DNA from: Eledone cirrhosa
Taxonomy: Eukaryota
Direction of reading: 5' to 3'
NCBI GenBank assembly: GCA_964016885.1
Contig: OZ024747.1
Coordinates: 27,032,001 to 27,096,000, forward strand
DNA length: 64,000 nt
The translations under genes were made by a program, and so were the position numbers. This document shows positions 32,446 to 48,807 of the stretch, one piece after another. The notes under the pieces were generated by a model that was not told where the DNA came from, did no database searches, and saw only the letters and a program-made list of their open reading frames with translations. Every line of letters starts with the position of its first letter. The stretch's first letter is position 1.

Positions 32446-34485
32446 AGGAACAATAAGGTAGATGAAGCAGTTAAGGCCAAGAGACAGGCATGGAAAGAAT
32501 GGAAGAACGGGGGGAGCAGGGTACATTACATAGAGACCAAGAGGGAAGCTAGGCGACAAGTATACTTAGCTAGGAGGGAAGCAGAGGATAGAAAATTCAA
32601 GCATGTTTTACAACGTGAGGACCAGAAACAGGAGGTATTCAAGATTGCGAGGCAGTGTGTCAGAGATAGTTGTGATGTCATTGGAGAGAAGTGTATCCGG
32701 AATGATAAAGGTGAGCTTGCCCTCAGAAGTGCTGAGAAGAAAGATGCATGGAAGAGTCATTATGATAGATTACTAAATGAGGAGAATGCATGGGAAGAAG
32801 AGACCCTACCCCAAGTAGACCCTATAGAGGGACCAGCAGTACAAGTCAGCAGCAGCGTAGTAAGTAAGGCAATCAAAGATATGAAGATAGGGAAGGCAAC
32901 CGGTCCATCGGGTATAGCTGCCGAGATGCTGAAGGCATCTGGGTCTGTAGGTCACACTATAACTACACGTATCGTTAACCAGGTAGTACTAGAAGGTGCC
33001 ATACCAAAAGATTGGTGCAGTAGCATCATTGTCAACTGCTACAAAGGTAAAGGTGATGCACTAGATAGAGGAAACTATAGAGGTATCAAGTTGATGGACC
33101 AGGTCATGAAGGTAACAGAAAGAGTTATAGCACAACTGATTAGGGACCTGGTGAAAATAGACGAGATGCAATTTGGGTTTGTACCAGGAAGAGGCACCAC
33201 CGATGCCCTCTTCCTTGTGAGGCAATTACAGGAAAAGTACCTGGCTAAAAGTAAGCCACTCTACTTGGCATTTGTCGACCTTGAGAAAGCCTTTGACCGA
33301 GTTCCACGTGCTGTAATCTGGTGGGCTCTTAGAAAACTAGGAGTAGATGAATGGCTTGTGAAAGCGGTACAAGCCATGTATAGGGGAGCAGTCAACAAAG
33401 TTAGGATTAGCAATGAGTATAGCGAGGAATTTAGCGTACAGGTTGGGGTCCACCAGGGCTCTGTTCTTAGCCCTCTCCTGGTCATCATCGTCCTGCAGGC
33501 AATAACGGAGGAGTTTAAGACCGGATGCCCATGGGAACTCCTGTATGCTGATGACCTCGCACTCATAGCTGAATCTATGGTAGAACTAGAGAATAAATTC
33601 CAAACTTGGAAGCAGGGACTAGAAAGAAAGGGTCTCAAAGTCAACATGACAAAGACTAAGGTCCTTGTAAGTAGACGAGAAAACAGAACCCAGATCCCCT
33701 CAGGGAAATGGCCTTGCTCAGTATGTAGGAAAGGTGTAGGTAGGAACTCCATTCTCTGCCCCAAATGCAAACAATGGGTACACAAGAGATGTAGCGGGAT
33801 CACAGGAAGCTTAATTAAGAATGTAGGATTCACATGCAGCAGCTGTGCTGAGACAGCAACCAGCAAACAGCCACAGGAAACAAGTACCACCAATCTCTGG
33901 GAGGGCCTTGTAGAAACAGTAGACAGCTTCTGCTACCTCGGTGACCGAATTAGCAAGGGAGGTGGGTGTTCAGAAAGTACAATAACTAGGGTAAGAACGG
34001 GATGGAAGAAGTTTAGGGAACTACTAACACTGCTAGCTGCAAAAGGCTTCTCCCTCAGAATGAAAGGCAGACTGTATGATGCGTGTATCCGAACAGCGAT
34101 GTTGCATGGTAGTGAGACCTGGGCACTGAAGGTGGAAGACTTACGTAGATTAGAGAGAAACGAAGCCTGCATGCTCCGATGGATGTGTAACAGTAATATG
34201 CGTGAACGACAAAGCATAAATGAATTGAGAGAGAGACTGAGCATAAGAGGAATCAAATGCTGTGTGCAGGAGAGGCGGTTGCGCTGGTATGGACATGTCA
34301 TGCGTATGAAGGATGACAGCTGCATAAAAAGGTGCAGAGCACCAGAAGTTGATGGAAACCACGGAGTGGGGAGACCCAAGATGACCTGGGATGAGGTGAT
34401 AAAAGCCGACCATACCCAATTACACCTCTCAAAGGCAATGACACACGACCGTGACTTCTGGCGTCACGCAGTAATACAGAGTACC
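32446..34485 (+). mobile_element. RTE LINE, open RT frame (ORF 32881-34500); its 3' end continues at 43290-43372, 44381-44544 and 45901-46016
   Basis: Uninterrupted 539-aa ORF with all RT motifs. The pieces are colinear with the unsplit sister copy at 56373-58669. Confidence 0.93.
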
Positions 34486-34504
34486 TATATATTTATATGA
34501 AATA

Positions 34505-34538
<34 letters not shown>

Positions 34539-34642
34539 CATATATATATATATGAAATATATATATATGAAATATATATATATATATGAAATATATTTAT
34601 TTCATATATATATATTTATATTTCATATATATATATATATAT

Positions 34643-34673
<31 letters not shown>

Positions 34674-34700
34674 TTCATTCATATATATATATATATATAT

Positions 34701-34733
<33 letters not shown>

Positions 34734-34908
34734 TTTATATATATATTTTATATATATATATATATTTTATATATATATATATATTTCATATATATATATA
34801 TATTTCATATATATATATATATATATTTCATATATATATATATATATATATTTCATATATATATATATATATATATTTCATATATATATATATATTTCAT
34901 ATATATAT

Positions 34909-34940
34909 AATGCTCTAACCACTAAGCTATGTGCCTTCAT
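34909..34940 (-). mobile_element. tRNA-SINE head fragment
   Basis: Reverse complement GGCACATAGCTTAGTGGTTAGAGCATT matches the SINE head at 44212. Confidence 0.6.
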
Positions 34941-35018
34941 ATATGAATATATATATATATATATATGAATATATATATATATATATATATATATGAATAT
35001 ATAAATATATATATATGA

Positions 35019-35050
<32 letters not shown>

Positions 35051-35069
35051 GAATATATATATATATATA

Positions 35070-35107
<38 letters not shown>

Positions 35108-35114
<7 letters not shown>

Positions 35115-36573
35115 AAGTTAAATAAAAAGTCAAATGTTTAAAATTTAGCTTCGTTTATTGCTGCTATATATATTTCAGTGACAGCCATCTTTGGCTGTGA
35201 CCTCTTCAGGCAGTCCGAATTAGTGTGGTATAGACAAGTACATATGTTGTTGAGGTGTATAATATTGTCAATACTCTGATATGCCCAGTTCCTGGTTGGG
35301 TTGTTATTTCACTGAGGAACTGGAATCATATGAATTCAAACAAATTCAGTGTCAAAGGGCCTCTTCTCCTCTCATTGGTCAGTTGTTAGAACATTCCTCA
35401 TTCTAAGTGTTGTTATTGTTGGAGTTAGCTTAAAAAATTCATAAAGAGGTAGAAGGGACAAGGTGTTAAAGGAACAAAATAACAAAAGAAGTGTCAAACA
35501 TCCCATTGGTCAGTTCTGTCAGAAGTCTATAGAATTCTTTCTGGGGTGAGGCTCCCTGTAGTGTTTGTGTTTGCTAGTGTTAAGTACATTTGACCTCTAC
35601 CATTATTTTGGTAGTGTTGGTGGTGTTGTGGTCAGCTTATGTCTTGCTTCTGTTGACAATTTAGAAGTATCTGTGTGTGTTTTTCTTGATCCCTCCTGCC
35701 ACCATCTCTCATAGTGGTGGTGGTGGTGGTGGTGGGGTTCTACCATGTATATGAAGAAATATAAGGCAATAAATGAAGAAAACAGAAAATAAATAATATA
35801 ATTTGTATAATTTGAAAATAAATAATAAATAGAGAATAAAGAATAAAGAATAAATGAAAAATTGGTGAAAATGAATATGGAGAAGTGAAAAATAAAATGA
35901 AGATTCAAATAAAGTTGGATAATGTGTGTGTGCTATAACTAATCTCAAGGTCAGAAATATGTTGGATAGATTGGTATGAGGAACAAGATGTTAAAATAAG
36001 ATAATCAAACAAAATGTGTTTGTGTAATAATCAATCTCAACTTAAAAATAAATATAAGGTGATACAGTGAAGAGGGCAGAAAAATAATAACAAATTAATA
36101 AAGAGAAATCAAGATTTAAAATTGGGACTTGAAAGTCAGAAATCAAGTAAATTAAAATGTGTTTGTGTTATATAGATGTTAGCCAAATTATAATGGCTGT
36201 GTCCTATTCAATCTCTAGGCTATCATGGTGTCTGCTCAGCCTGGGTTGTTCCCTATGGCTTGAGGGGAGTTCACAACCTAGGGTGTTGTTACTGTCCATA
36301 TAGCTTGAGGGAGGTCTGGCTGAGAGGTGTTTACATGTTCAGTAGAAATCCCTATAGCTTGAGGGGAGTTCACATCTTCTTGTGTTGCTATTATTGTTAT
36401 TATGGTGGTTGTTGTTGTTCCTATCATTAGCGTTATTATTATTGTTATGATTGCTAGATGTATTGTTGCTGTGATTGTTAGATGTATTGTTGTTATGATT
36501 GCTAGGTGTATTGTTGCTGTGATTGTTAGATGTATTGTTGTTATGATTGCTAGATGTATTGTTGCTGTGATTG
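35108..36573 (-). mobile_element. Probable PLE 3' region (HHR, twin AACTGACCAATG boxes, 21-bp tandem repeats)
   Basis: Canonical HHR about 50 nt from the TA-flanked end. CATTGGTCAGTT occurs at about 35373 and 35504. A 21-bp array spans 36440-36573. No protein motif was seen. Confidence 0.5.
35161..35213 (-). ncRNA. Type I minimal hammerhead ribozyme
   Basis: CTGC CTGAAGA GGTCACAGCCA-AAGA-TGGCTGTCACT GAA ATATATAT A GCAG: 10 of 11 pairs in helix II, palindromic helix III, AUA triplet. Confidence 0.85.
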
Positions 36574-36574
36574 C

Positions 36575-39500
36575 AATAATAGCAACACACACAATTACGA
36601 CGATAGATATAATGACAACCCCTTAGAGAAACTATTTTTCAACCCAGCTGACAAAACATATAAGATGGGTAATATCTATCCTACGAGGTTACCCTTTAAT
36701 AAAAGAGTTTGCATACCACAACAAATAGATGATGAGACAGAGGCACAGTTCACCATAGCTAGAAATAAGATTAGACAAATAGTAGACCGGTATACTAAGA
36801 GACAGAGCAGACCAGAGGCCCAACAACTTGGGAGGAAACCTGTAGAAGGTTTGGTTAGCCTCAAGCAGCGCACAAGGGATGGTGAGGTAGTATGTCTACC
36901 CACGGATAAGTCTGGTAGGATGTCAATAGATAGCATGCCGAACTACATCAAGGCTATGCAACCCCACATCACCAACACGAGCGAAATTGCACAGCAAACA
37001 CATGATGGGAGAGAGAAAATTCTCAACGCTCACATGATGATGTGGACTGACATCCTAAAGCCATGCAGACGCACTGCCAACAACTTCCAGGCATCTAACA
37101 ATGGCATACCACCCTTGTATGGGCTCCTCAAAGACCACAAGACAGTCAACGACCCGACAACAGGACCACCAACAAGACCCGTATGCGGAGCTAATATAGC
37201 TAGCAACTACAGGGTCTCCTACTTCCTCTCAGTGGTTACACGCCCCATAATCAAGATGTCCCCAGATGTATGTGACAGTACAGAGGACCTCCTCAGCAGA
37301 ATCAGTGAGTGCAACAAAAACAGGAACCTATCCAACTGCATAATAGGCAGCATGGATGTGGTATCACTGTACCCATCCATTAACATTGATTTTGCTGTGG
37401 AAAAATGTGTGGAGATGATCATTGAGAGTGAGGTGGAGTTCTACGACGTCGACACAGATGAACTGGGCCTCCTACTTAGACTTACCTACGACACTGACTA
37501 CCTAGACAGCCATGACCTTAGACGTTTCTGCCCTAGTAGACCCATAAGAGGTAGACCCCTCACCATAACCTCAATGGCAAAAAAGACTCCCATGGGAAGG
37601 TGGATTGGGTGGACCAAAGCTATACGGATCCCCCAAAACAATGATCAGGTAAGAAAAATGCAATAGGGGCTAGTATCAAAACTACCCTAAAGGGCCACAT
37701 ATTCAAGTTCAATGAGAAGATCTACACCCAAAATGAGGGAGCAGCCATTGGCGTCAGCATAGCTGGTGATGTTACCAACCTTTTTATGGTATGGTGGGAA
37801 AGGAGACTTAAAGATCTCCTTAATGAGAGCTCCATAGACCTCATCATGTACTCTCGTTACGTAGACGATATCAATGTAGTTATAAGAACATCCCCACTAG
37901 AGAGCACTAACATGTTTGATTTAGAACGTAGCACAATGGAAAGCATCCAGCAGATAGCTAATTCCATACACCAGAGTATAACTGTAACTATCGACTACCC
38001 TTCCAAACACCCTAACAATAGACTACCTGTATTAGACACGGAACTCTGGATTAACACTATAGACGAGAGAGCCCAAATTCTCCACTCACACTATGCTAAA
38101 CCCATGGCTTCCAAATATCTGATACTCAAAAACTCAGCAATGTCCAGTAGTGCTAAGTTTAATATTCTGATCGCAGATTTGGTACGAGTGATGAAGAATG
38201 TGTCCAGCATGTGCGACCCAACAGAAATGGAAAGACACATCCAACACTTCCTCAACCGCATGCAGTTCTCTGGCTACAACCAAAGAGACAGAGTCAGAGT
38301 ATACGAAGGAGCCATGGAGAAGTATAAGACCCTCATAGAACTGGACATGAAAGGAATTTGCCCATTAAACAGAAGCAAATCATGGAATAGCTTAGATAGG
38401 GCTAGACATAAGATAGGGGAAGCCACTTCATGGTACGACAACCAGAGATACCAGAGTGTCATGTTTGTGGACACTACCCCTGGAGGGAAATTAGCTAACC
38501 AGTGTAGAAAGGCCCTGAGAAAGACCCACTTAAAGATTAAGGTGGTAGAAAAGCCAGGAACCACCATAAAATCCCTGATCAGCAAAACTTACCCTTTTAA
38601 GAAAACCCACTGTACTAGTAGGAAATGTATCATATGTAAGGTAAACCCGTGGATAAACTGTAAAACTAGAAACGTAGTCTATAGCATAAGATGTACAGAG
38701 GGTACTTGCAGAAACATGACAACATACATAGGCGAGACAGCTCGTAGCATAGGTGAAAGGATAGACCAACACTGGGGGGAACTAAAAGGACGAAAAAACG
38801 GGTCAGTACTATACGAACATGCCAGACAACAACACAACGGTAACATAGACAACATAGAAATTAGAATAATATCTAAACATAGAAATGACCCAGCAGATAG
38901 GCAAATCAGAGAGGCCAGTGAAATAGAACTTAGAAGGCCAAGACTAAACAGAAAGAATGAATGGAATAACAACAACACCCAAACAAACAACACTGACCTA
39001 AGAGAAGTATAAATAAATAAATAAATAGATAAATACAGAAGCACAATAACAACAAACACATATAAACACACACTAGTAAAGATAGAATACATAGAATACA
39101 TAGAATACAATCACGAACACACATCAAACAAAACACTATACACACACGCAAAGGCATGCGCAAAGAAGACAAAATAAAATAAACAAACAAATAAATAAAT
39201 AAATATATAAACAGACTAAATAAAGATGGCGTAGACATACAATGTAACGGGAGGAAACAATAGCACCACTGACGATGTTGCAGATGTGCAACGAAAGAAC
39301 TTTGATAAACTATATATATGTGTTTGTGTCTATATTATATCTGTATTATTTTTGACCGTTGGTCAGTCAATGGCCACATTGAGGACCGAATAAATTAGAT
39401 TACCGATATAAAAGACACAGAAGCGAAAAGCGAAAACCAACCAAACAGTGCGTGTGTTCTGTTATTAATTCTGGCAATATTACACAAATATGACCCTCCC
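36575..39500 (+). mobile_element. Penelope-like element: RT and GIY-YIG endonuclease (one frameshift near 37660) and pseudo-LTR
   Basis: PTDKSGR, LYGLLKDHK, RPVC, SMDVVSLYPSI, QNEGAAIG (frame of 37786), RYVDD, LPVLD, a Cys-rich linker, VVYSIRC..YIGET, H..H, R..RE and LNRKNEW. A Neptune/Nematis-like assignment is an inference. Confidence 0.93.
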
Positions 39501-42765
<3,265 letters not shown>

Positions 42766-43289
42766 AACTCTATGTGTATGTATGGATATGTTGATAAATA
42801 TGTGTGTATGTATGTATGTATATATATGTCTATTAGTATGTGTATGTATGTATATATATATATATATATATATGTGTATATGTATGTATATATGTGTATA
42901 TGTATGTATATATGTATGTATATATGTGTATATGTATGTATATATGTATATATGTGTATGTATATATGTGTGTGTATGTAATTGTGTGTGTGTGTGCATT
43001 GGAATTAAATAATCAAATTAAATAATTGGAATTAAATAATCAAAACCGTAGGGGTATGTCACATATCAAATCATATATTTTGTCTGATGAAAACGTACTT
43101 AAACACCATTGTACCTTTGAAATATGTATAATAAAATATATATTTTGATTGAGAATATTTTTGATTTATTAACATTTTGAATAATATTAAAAACTCCAGG
43201 AAAATCTTCTGTTGAATGGTTCTAATCTATTGTAATATTGTATTCGTTGAGTAATCAACGAACCATATTAATCTTTGGTTATATCTATC
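42766..43289 (+). mobile_element. PLE-type 3' terminus (TG/TA-rich UTR, HHR, tail)
   Basis: HHR at 43073. The tail is similar to 950-1083 and ends exactly at the 22-bp duplication. Confidence 0.6.
43073..43141 (+). ncRNA. Type I minimal hammerhead ribozyme
   Basis: ATATATTTTGT CTGATGA AAACGTAC-12nt-GTACCTTT GAA ATATGTAT A ATAAAATATAT: 11-bp helix I, 7 of 8 pairs in helix II, AUA triplet. Confidence 0.85.
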
Positions 43290-43372
43290 TCACGCAGTAA
43301 TACAGAGTACCCGACCTCCCATGGGTACAAGCTGAAGCATATAGACAATATGCCCCCACACCCCCACCGCAA

Positions 43373-43938
43373 TTTAGACAATTGTTATTGTGTCAACTTC
43401 TCAGGATATTGATCCTTTCTTCAATGCACAGTCCATAAGACGGATTACCCCTAGCGTATTGCTTGGACTTGGTGATAGCTTTCTATTGGATGGAGTAGTC
43501 TATGCCTGAGTGTTTGAGGGACCATACGAGTTTCATGTTGTTGGATGCCACCAGAGTTTCACCTGAAGGAAGAGTGTATGGGAGTTTCAGGACATCCTTT
43601 TTTCCAAAGTGGATTAACTCAAACTTATCCATCCACTAGCGTAGAAGATGGATGTTAAACGATGATGATGATGATTATCCTCATTCAACAGCATATTGTT
43701 CTTTTCTGCTCATTGGATAACAGTCAGTAGGTCTGACTGAAGGCAAGTCCGGTCACCCACCTCATTGATGACCCTTTGGAGCTTGGAATCATCTGCGAAG
43801 ATGCTTATGTTGTTGTGCTTGATGATGTCAGTAATATCATTAATGTAGATGATGAAAAGAAGTGGGCCCAACACAGTGCCTTGTGGGACGCCACTGCTGA
43901 CTTTGGCAGTGCTTGATTTTACTCCTTCGACTCGACGA
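43373..43938 (-). mobile_element. CR1-group RT fragment (second subfamily) interrupted by a 44-bp RTE tail with TSD TTATCC
   Basis: SGVPQGTVLGPLLF, FADDSK and MLLNEDKFELIHFG motifs. TTATCC occurs at 43625-43630 and 43675-43680. Confidence 0.85.
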
Positions 43939-44142
43939 TCTCCTCTTGTCCATTTTCTTCCTGCTTTCTGTCTTTTGAGGTAAATTTTACCTGACACTCA
44001 TTGATGGAATTTTGCTGTTTTAACAGTTTCCTTGCATTGAGTTCTTCTCATTATTCTACGAATTTTAATACACTAGCGCTTCAAACTTGATATTGAGAAT
44101 AACTTTGTTTATATACATATATACACACACACACACATGCAC

Positions 44143-44207
<65 letters not shown>

Positions 44208-44211
<4 letters not shown>

Positions 44212-44350
44212 GGCACATGGCTTAGTGGTTAGAACATTGGCCTTGCAATTAAAAGGTTGTGAGGTCAATTCTCAGACCGGGCGATGTGTTGTTTCCTTGC
44301 GCAAGACACTTTATTTCACATTGCTTTAGTTTACTTAGCTGTAGAAATGA
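44208..44350 (+). mobile_element. tRNA-derived SINE head with a CORE-like segment
   Basis: A box TGGCTTAGTGG, degenerate B box GGTCAATTCTC, then GTTTCCTTGCGCAAGACACTTTA...CTGTAGAAATG. Confidence 0.7.
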
Positions 44351-44573
44351 GAAAAAGTAGGGACTGGGGTCCCTATCATTCCACTGCAAAGTGGTCGTGG
44401 AGGTGCCACGACAAAAAAAACACCCAGCCCACACTGTAATGTGGACGTGTAGGCACCACGGAAAAAAAAAGCACCCATCACTCACTGTAAATGAGGTTGA
44501 TGTTAGGAAGGGCATCCAGCTGTAGAAATCGAGCCAGAATCAGTAAAATGATGATGATGATATATATATATAT

Positions 44574-45606
44574 CTAGGGCGGGTAAAATTCCCCGAGATC
44601 CATGGATGAGTTCTCTCCAGCGGTCTCTGTCCCTAATTATCGCTGCCATGTCCTGCGTCTCCAACAGACCAGTGTCTGTCCTTAGAGTATCAACATACAT
44701 TGACCTAGGTCTTCCACTTCCAGTGTGTCCATGTAGGGGCTCCCACAGGAGCACTGAGTGCAATGTCAACTCTGGATGTCGGTGAGCATGTCCAGCTAAC
44801 CTCAGTCTCTTCTGTGTCATTTTTGAGCTGACTTTTAGGAGGCTCCCATACAGCTCTGAGTTTTTCATCCTCAGTGTATACTGATTAATGATCAGAGCCA
44901 TCCTCAGTATTCTCGTGTAGTACCCATCCACCATCTGAGTGAGTTTCTTGGTCAGTGTCCAAGTCTCAGACCCGTACAGCAGCACAGACTCCACTACAGC
45001 AATGAAGAGGCGGATTTTCAGGTCTTTACGAAGGTCCGACTTCCACACCGATCTCAAGCTGTGGCATGCCGCGCAGGCATTGCTCTTCCTCTCAACCACG
45101 TCATCTTCTGTATTCCCAATCTTTGCTCCCAAATACAGGAAGCCCTGAACCAATTCTAGCGGCTTCCCGCCTACATTAGTGATCCCCTTTGATTCTGTGG
45201 ACCGTCACTGCCTGATGAAGATCTTACAGGCTTATGGAATCCCCAAGAAGATAGTGGACCTGATATCACTGCTCTCCACCAACACCAAAGCCCAAGTCAT
45301 TACACCTGATGGGATGACAGAGTTCTTTGACATACTGGCTGGAGTGCTCCAGGGAGATACATTGGCTCCCTACCTTTTTATCATCATAGTGGACTATTGT
45401 ATGCGCCTTACATTGGAGAAACACCAGGACTCTGGCTTTACTGTAACACCGGCTCAGAGCAGGAGAGTTAAGGCGAAAAAGGTATCAGATGCTGAATTTG
45501 CCGACGACATAGTTTTGGTGACAAATACAGTGAAGGAGGCAGAGGATTTGATGCAGGAGGTTGAGACTGTGTCGATGAGTGTGGGGCTGAGAATGAATGA
45601 GACTAA

Positions 45607-45610
<4 letters not shown>
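44574..45610 (-). mobile_element. Second RTE-like LINE family, 5'-inverted copy
   Basis: 44574-45178 (-) has FLYLG, VESVLLYGSETWTL, RLRLAGH. 45179-45610 (+) has FDSV, GVLQGDTLAPYLF, FADD. Confidence 0.85.
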
Positions 45611-45670
<60 letters not shown>

Positions 45671-45675
<5 letters not shown>

Positions 45676-45795
45676 AAAAGAGCCAGGACCCTGATGGCTG
45701 AGCTCTGGCCATTTCGACAGCTAGATTCGAACAGTTTAGATCTAGCTGTCAAAACGGCAGGAGCTCAGCCGTCAGGGTCCTGGCTCTTTTCCTAT
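45671..45795. mobile_element. 125-bp fold-back MITE-like element
   Basis: ATAGGAAAAGAGCCAGGACCCTGA(T/C)GGCTGAGCTC is mirrored at the other end and pairing continues almost to the centre. Confidence 0.7.
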
Positions 45796-46012
45796 TACCC
45801 ACTCTACTACCCTATGTATCGAGTACTCTGGTGCCTTATGGCCCACCTGGTTCATTACCACACCTTCTTTGTTTATATATATAAATGTATATATATATAT
45901 ATCAGTTCCTGTATGAGCAAGAGAAGGTCAGCCGACCGGGCACTACCCACAACAGGACAACCCGTCTAACCCATGCTAGCATGGAAAAATGGATGTAAAA
46001 TTGTGATGATGA

Positions 46013-46052
<40 letters not shown>

Positions 46053-46055
<3 letters not shown>

Positions 46056-46647
46056 TATTAAAATAACAGATTAAAGTTTAAGCAAAGAATCGCTGCTTTC
46101 ACCCTTAACGGGATCTTCTGAAACTAACAAAGTCAATATGTAAACGCAGAAGTGGATATTTCAAAAAACGTTGCAACCGGAGGAAGACAGGAAGACGATA
46201 CTTTGGTTCGTGGAAACGTTCCCTGGCAAAGAACTGGAAAAAACGAATATAATACGTCATTAATAGGAGCGGTGAAAAACAATTACGCGCAAAGACAGAA
46301 CCACGTTTACAGTATAAAAGAGATCGTAGACTAATGTTCTCTTAGGTGGTTCATAGAGACGTTCTCTGGCAATGAACGAAAAAAACGAAGATAATACGTC
46401 ATATGTGGAGCGTGGAGAACAATTGCACGCAAAGACAAAACCACGTAAATGGTATAGCAGAAGTCGTAGACTAAAATTCTAACTAGGAGACCGAATGAAT
46501 CTCCGCTTCAGAGTTAAGAATAAAGTAAATAAATACAATACAGAGGTAATAGAAATTAAATAAATACATACATGCATACAAATACGTACATACACAAGCA
46601 TACGCGAAAACACTTACCATAGGTATACAAAACCACGCACATAGAAA

Positions 46648-46678
<31 letters not shown>

Positions 46679-46900
46679 ATACAAATAATTAAATAAACGT
46701 ATATAAATAAATAAATACGTATATAACGCACACACATACCTACATGTAAATACACAAATGTTCGGAGACGTAAATCAACCAAAATATGAAGTACACATAT
46801 ACACACACCCTACATACGTACGAACCTGCATACTCACACAGACGCAAAACTCCCGTCGAGCCCTCTTTGGATTTTAGTCTTCAAATTTATTATTATTACT
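46053..46900. mobile_element. Probable PLE terminus: long inverted arm plus a 45-bp forward tail; shorter copy at 48409-48800
   Basis: It starts at the same breakpoint (TTTATTAAAATAACAG) as 29062 and 48409 and ends with the same tail end as 29225-29270. There is an internal repeat of about 143 bp. Confidence 0.65.
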
Positions 46901-46904
46901 ATAT

Positions 46905-47400
46905 ATATGTGGCTGGTGTTAGCAAGGGCATCCAGCTGTGAAATAGACAGAGAAATTTACAATCCTCACTGGAGCAAGATGCGACGCATGGTCAACCCTG
47001 GCGAGACATGCCTCCCGGCATGGATGACCCGTCTAACCCATGCAAGTATGACCCGTCTAACCCATGCAAGTATGAAAAAATTGATGTTAAACGGAAATGA
47101 TAATGATGATAAATACATATATATATATGTATACACATATATATACATATATAAAGATGATGTAAAATGATTATGATGATGTAAAATGATTATGATGATG
47201 TGTATATATATGTATACACATACATATATATACACATCATCATAATCATTTTACATCATCTTTTCTTTGCTTGCAAGGGTATATATATATATAGATGTAT
47301 ACGCGAGATACAGTCACCTGACACAACTTGCCTCAAACTAGGACCCGTGTAACCCATGCTCGCATAGAAGATGGATGTTACTCGATAATGATGATGATGA
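46905..47400 (+). mobile_element. Cluster of RTE/SINE 3'-end fragments with (GAT)n tails
   Basis: AAGGGCATCCAGCTGT and ACCCGTCTAACCCATGC blocks, with tails at about 47095-47110 and 47385-47401. Confidence 0.75.
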
Positions 47401-48001
47401 TAAAATAGTCGTTTTGGAAGCCTCAACAATGCAGATGGATAAATCTCCAGGTAACAAAATCAGGTGGTATTGAGAGAGGGGGAAGTAGGAGGAAGCGTAG
47501 AAAGAGATGTAGAGAGCATAAAAGAATGTAAGAAAGGTGTAAAAGAAAAATAACAAGGGATAGTTACCTTGGAAGCGATTTAATGACCCCTATATTTCGG
47601 ATTTCTCATCCATCAACACATGTACCTGTTGGTTTTCACTTCAATTTATTATAAATCTCTGTTGGCTGGTTGGTTCGATAATTGGATGGTTGTTTATATA
47701 TTGTCAAAGCTCTTTTGTCACACCTTCTGTGACTGGGTTTTTATTTTGTGTTTCTCCTTTGTTCTGTCCTTCACCTTCTTGGTTTTCGATTTGTGCCAGG
47801 AAAAAGTATCATGGATACCCTCTTCCTTGTGAGACAACTGTACGAGAAGTATCTAGCTAAAAGCAAACCCCTCTAAAAGAGGACCCAGCCATACAAGTCA
47901 TCAACAGTGTAGTAAGAAAACGCACATGCAATCTACATATATACATTGCTCTGTGTGTATACTGAATAACCACAGATTATCCCCACTACACAGACAAACA
48001 G

Positions 48002-48038
<37 letters not shown>

Positions 48039-48076
48039 CAGACACACACACACACATATATATATATATATGTCTA

Positions 48077-48196
48077 ATGTTTATTTCATATAGAAATTAC
48101 TTCTACAGGACTAGAACTGTTTCTTTCATTTGAAATCATGAGGACAAATGAAAAACTTTTAGCCCTGTAGAAGTCATTTCTATATGAAATAAATAT
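48077..48196. mobile_element. About 120-bp MITE-like hairpin
   Basis: TTTATTTCATATAGAAAT(T/G)ACTTCTACAGG arms. A related half lies at about 50086-50150. Confidence 0.6.
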
Positions 48197-48275
48197 GTAT
48201 CTTCTCTACTAATGTATGGAGTACCTCATTTACCTGTGGTTTTATCTCGATCCCCTTTGGAAAATAATTCTTCAT

Positions 48276-48312
<37 letters not shown>

Positions 48313-48378
48313 CTGTATCATGTATATATATGTATCATGTATATATATGTATATATATGTATCATGTATATATGTATC

Positions 48379-48414
<36 letters not shown>

Positions 48415-48807
48415 TAAATAACAGATTAAAGTTTAAGCAAAGAATCGCTGCTTTCACCCTTAACGGGATCTTCTGAAACTAACAAAGTCAATCTGTAAAC
48501 GCAGAACTGGATATTTCAAAAAATGTTGCAGCCGGAGGAAGACAGGAAGACGATACTTTGGTTCGTGGTAACGTTCGCTGGCAAAGAACGGGAAAAAACG
48601 AATAATACGTCATTAATAGGAGCGGTGAAAAACAATTACGCGCAAAGACAAAACCACGTTTATGGTATAAAAGAGGTCGTAGACTAATGTTCTCTTAGGT
48701 GGTGCTTATAGACGTTCTCTGGCAATGAACGAAAAAACGAAGATAATAAGTCATATGTGGAGCGTGGAGAACAAAAGCACGCAAAGACAAAACCACGTAA
48801 TATATAT

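Noticed and set aside
33261-34379. Long antisense ORFs over the RTE and CR1 RT regions
   Set aside because: These are shadow frames of the LINE coding strand with no independent motifs.
44208-44285. tRNA genes at 44208 and 54046
   Set aside because: A/B boxes are present, but there is no good cloverleaf and SINE body sequence follows.
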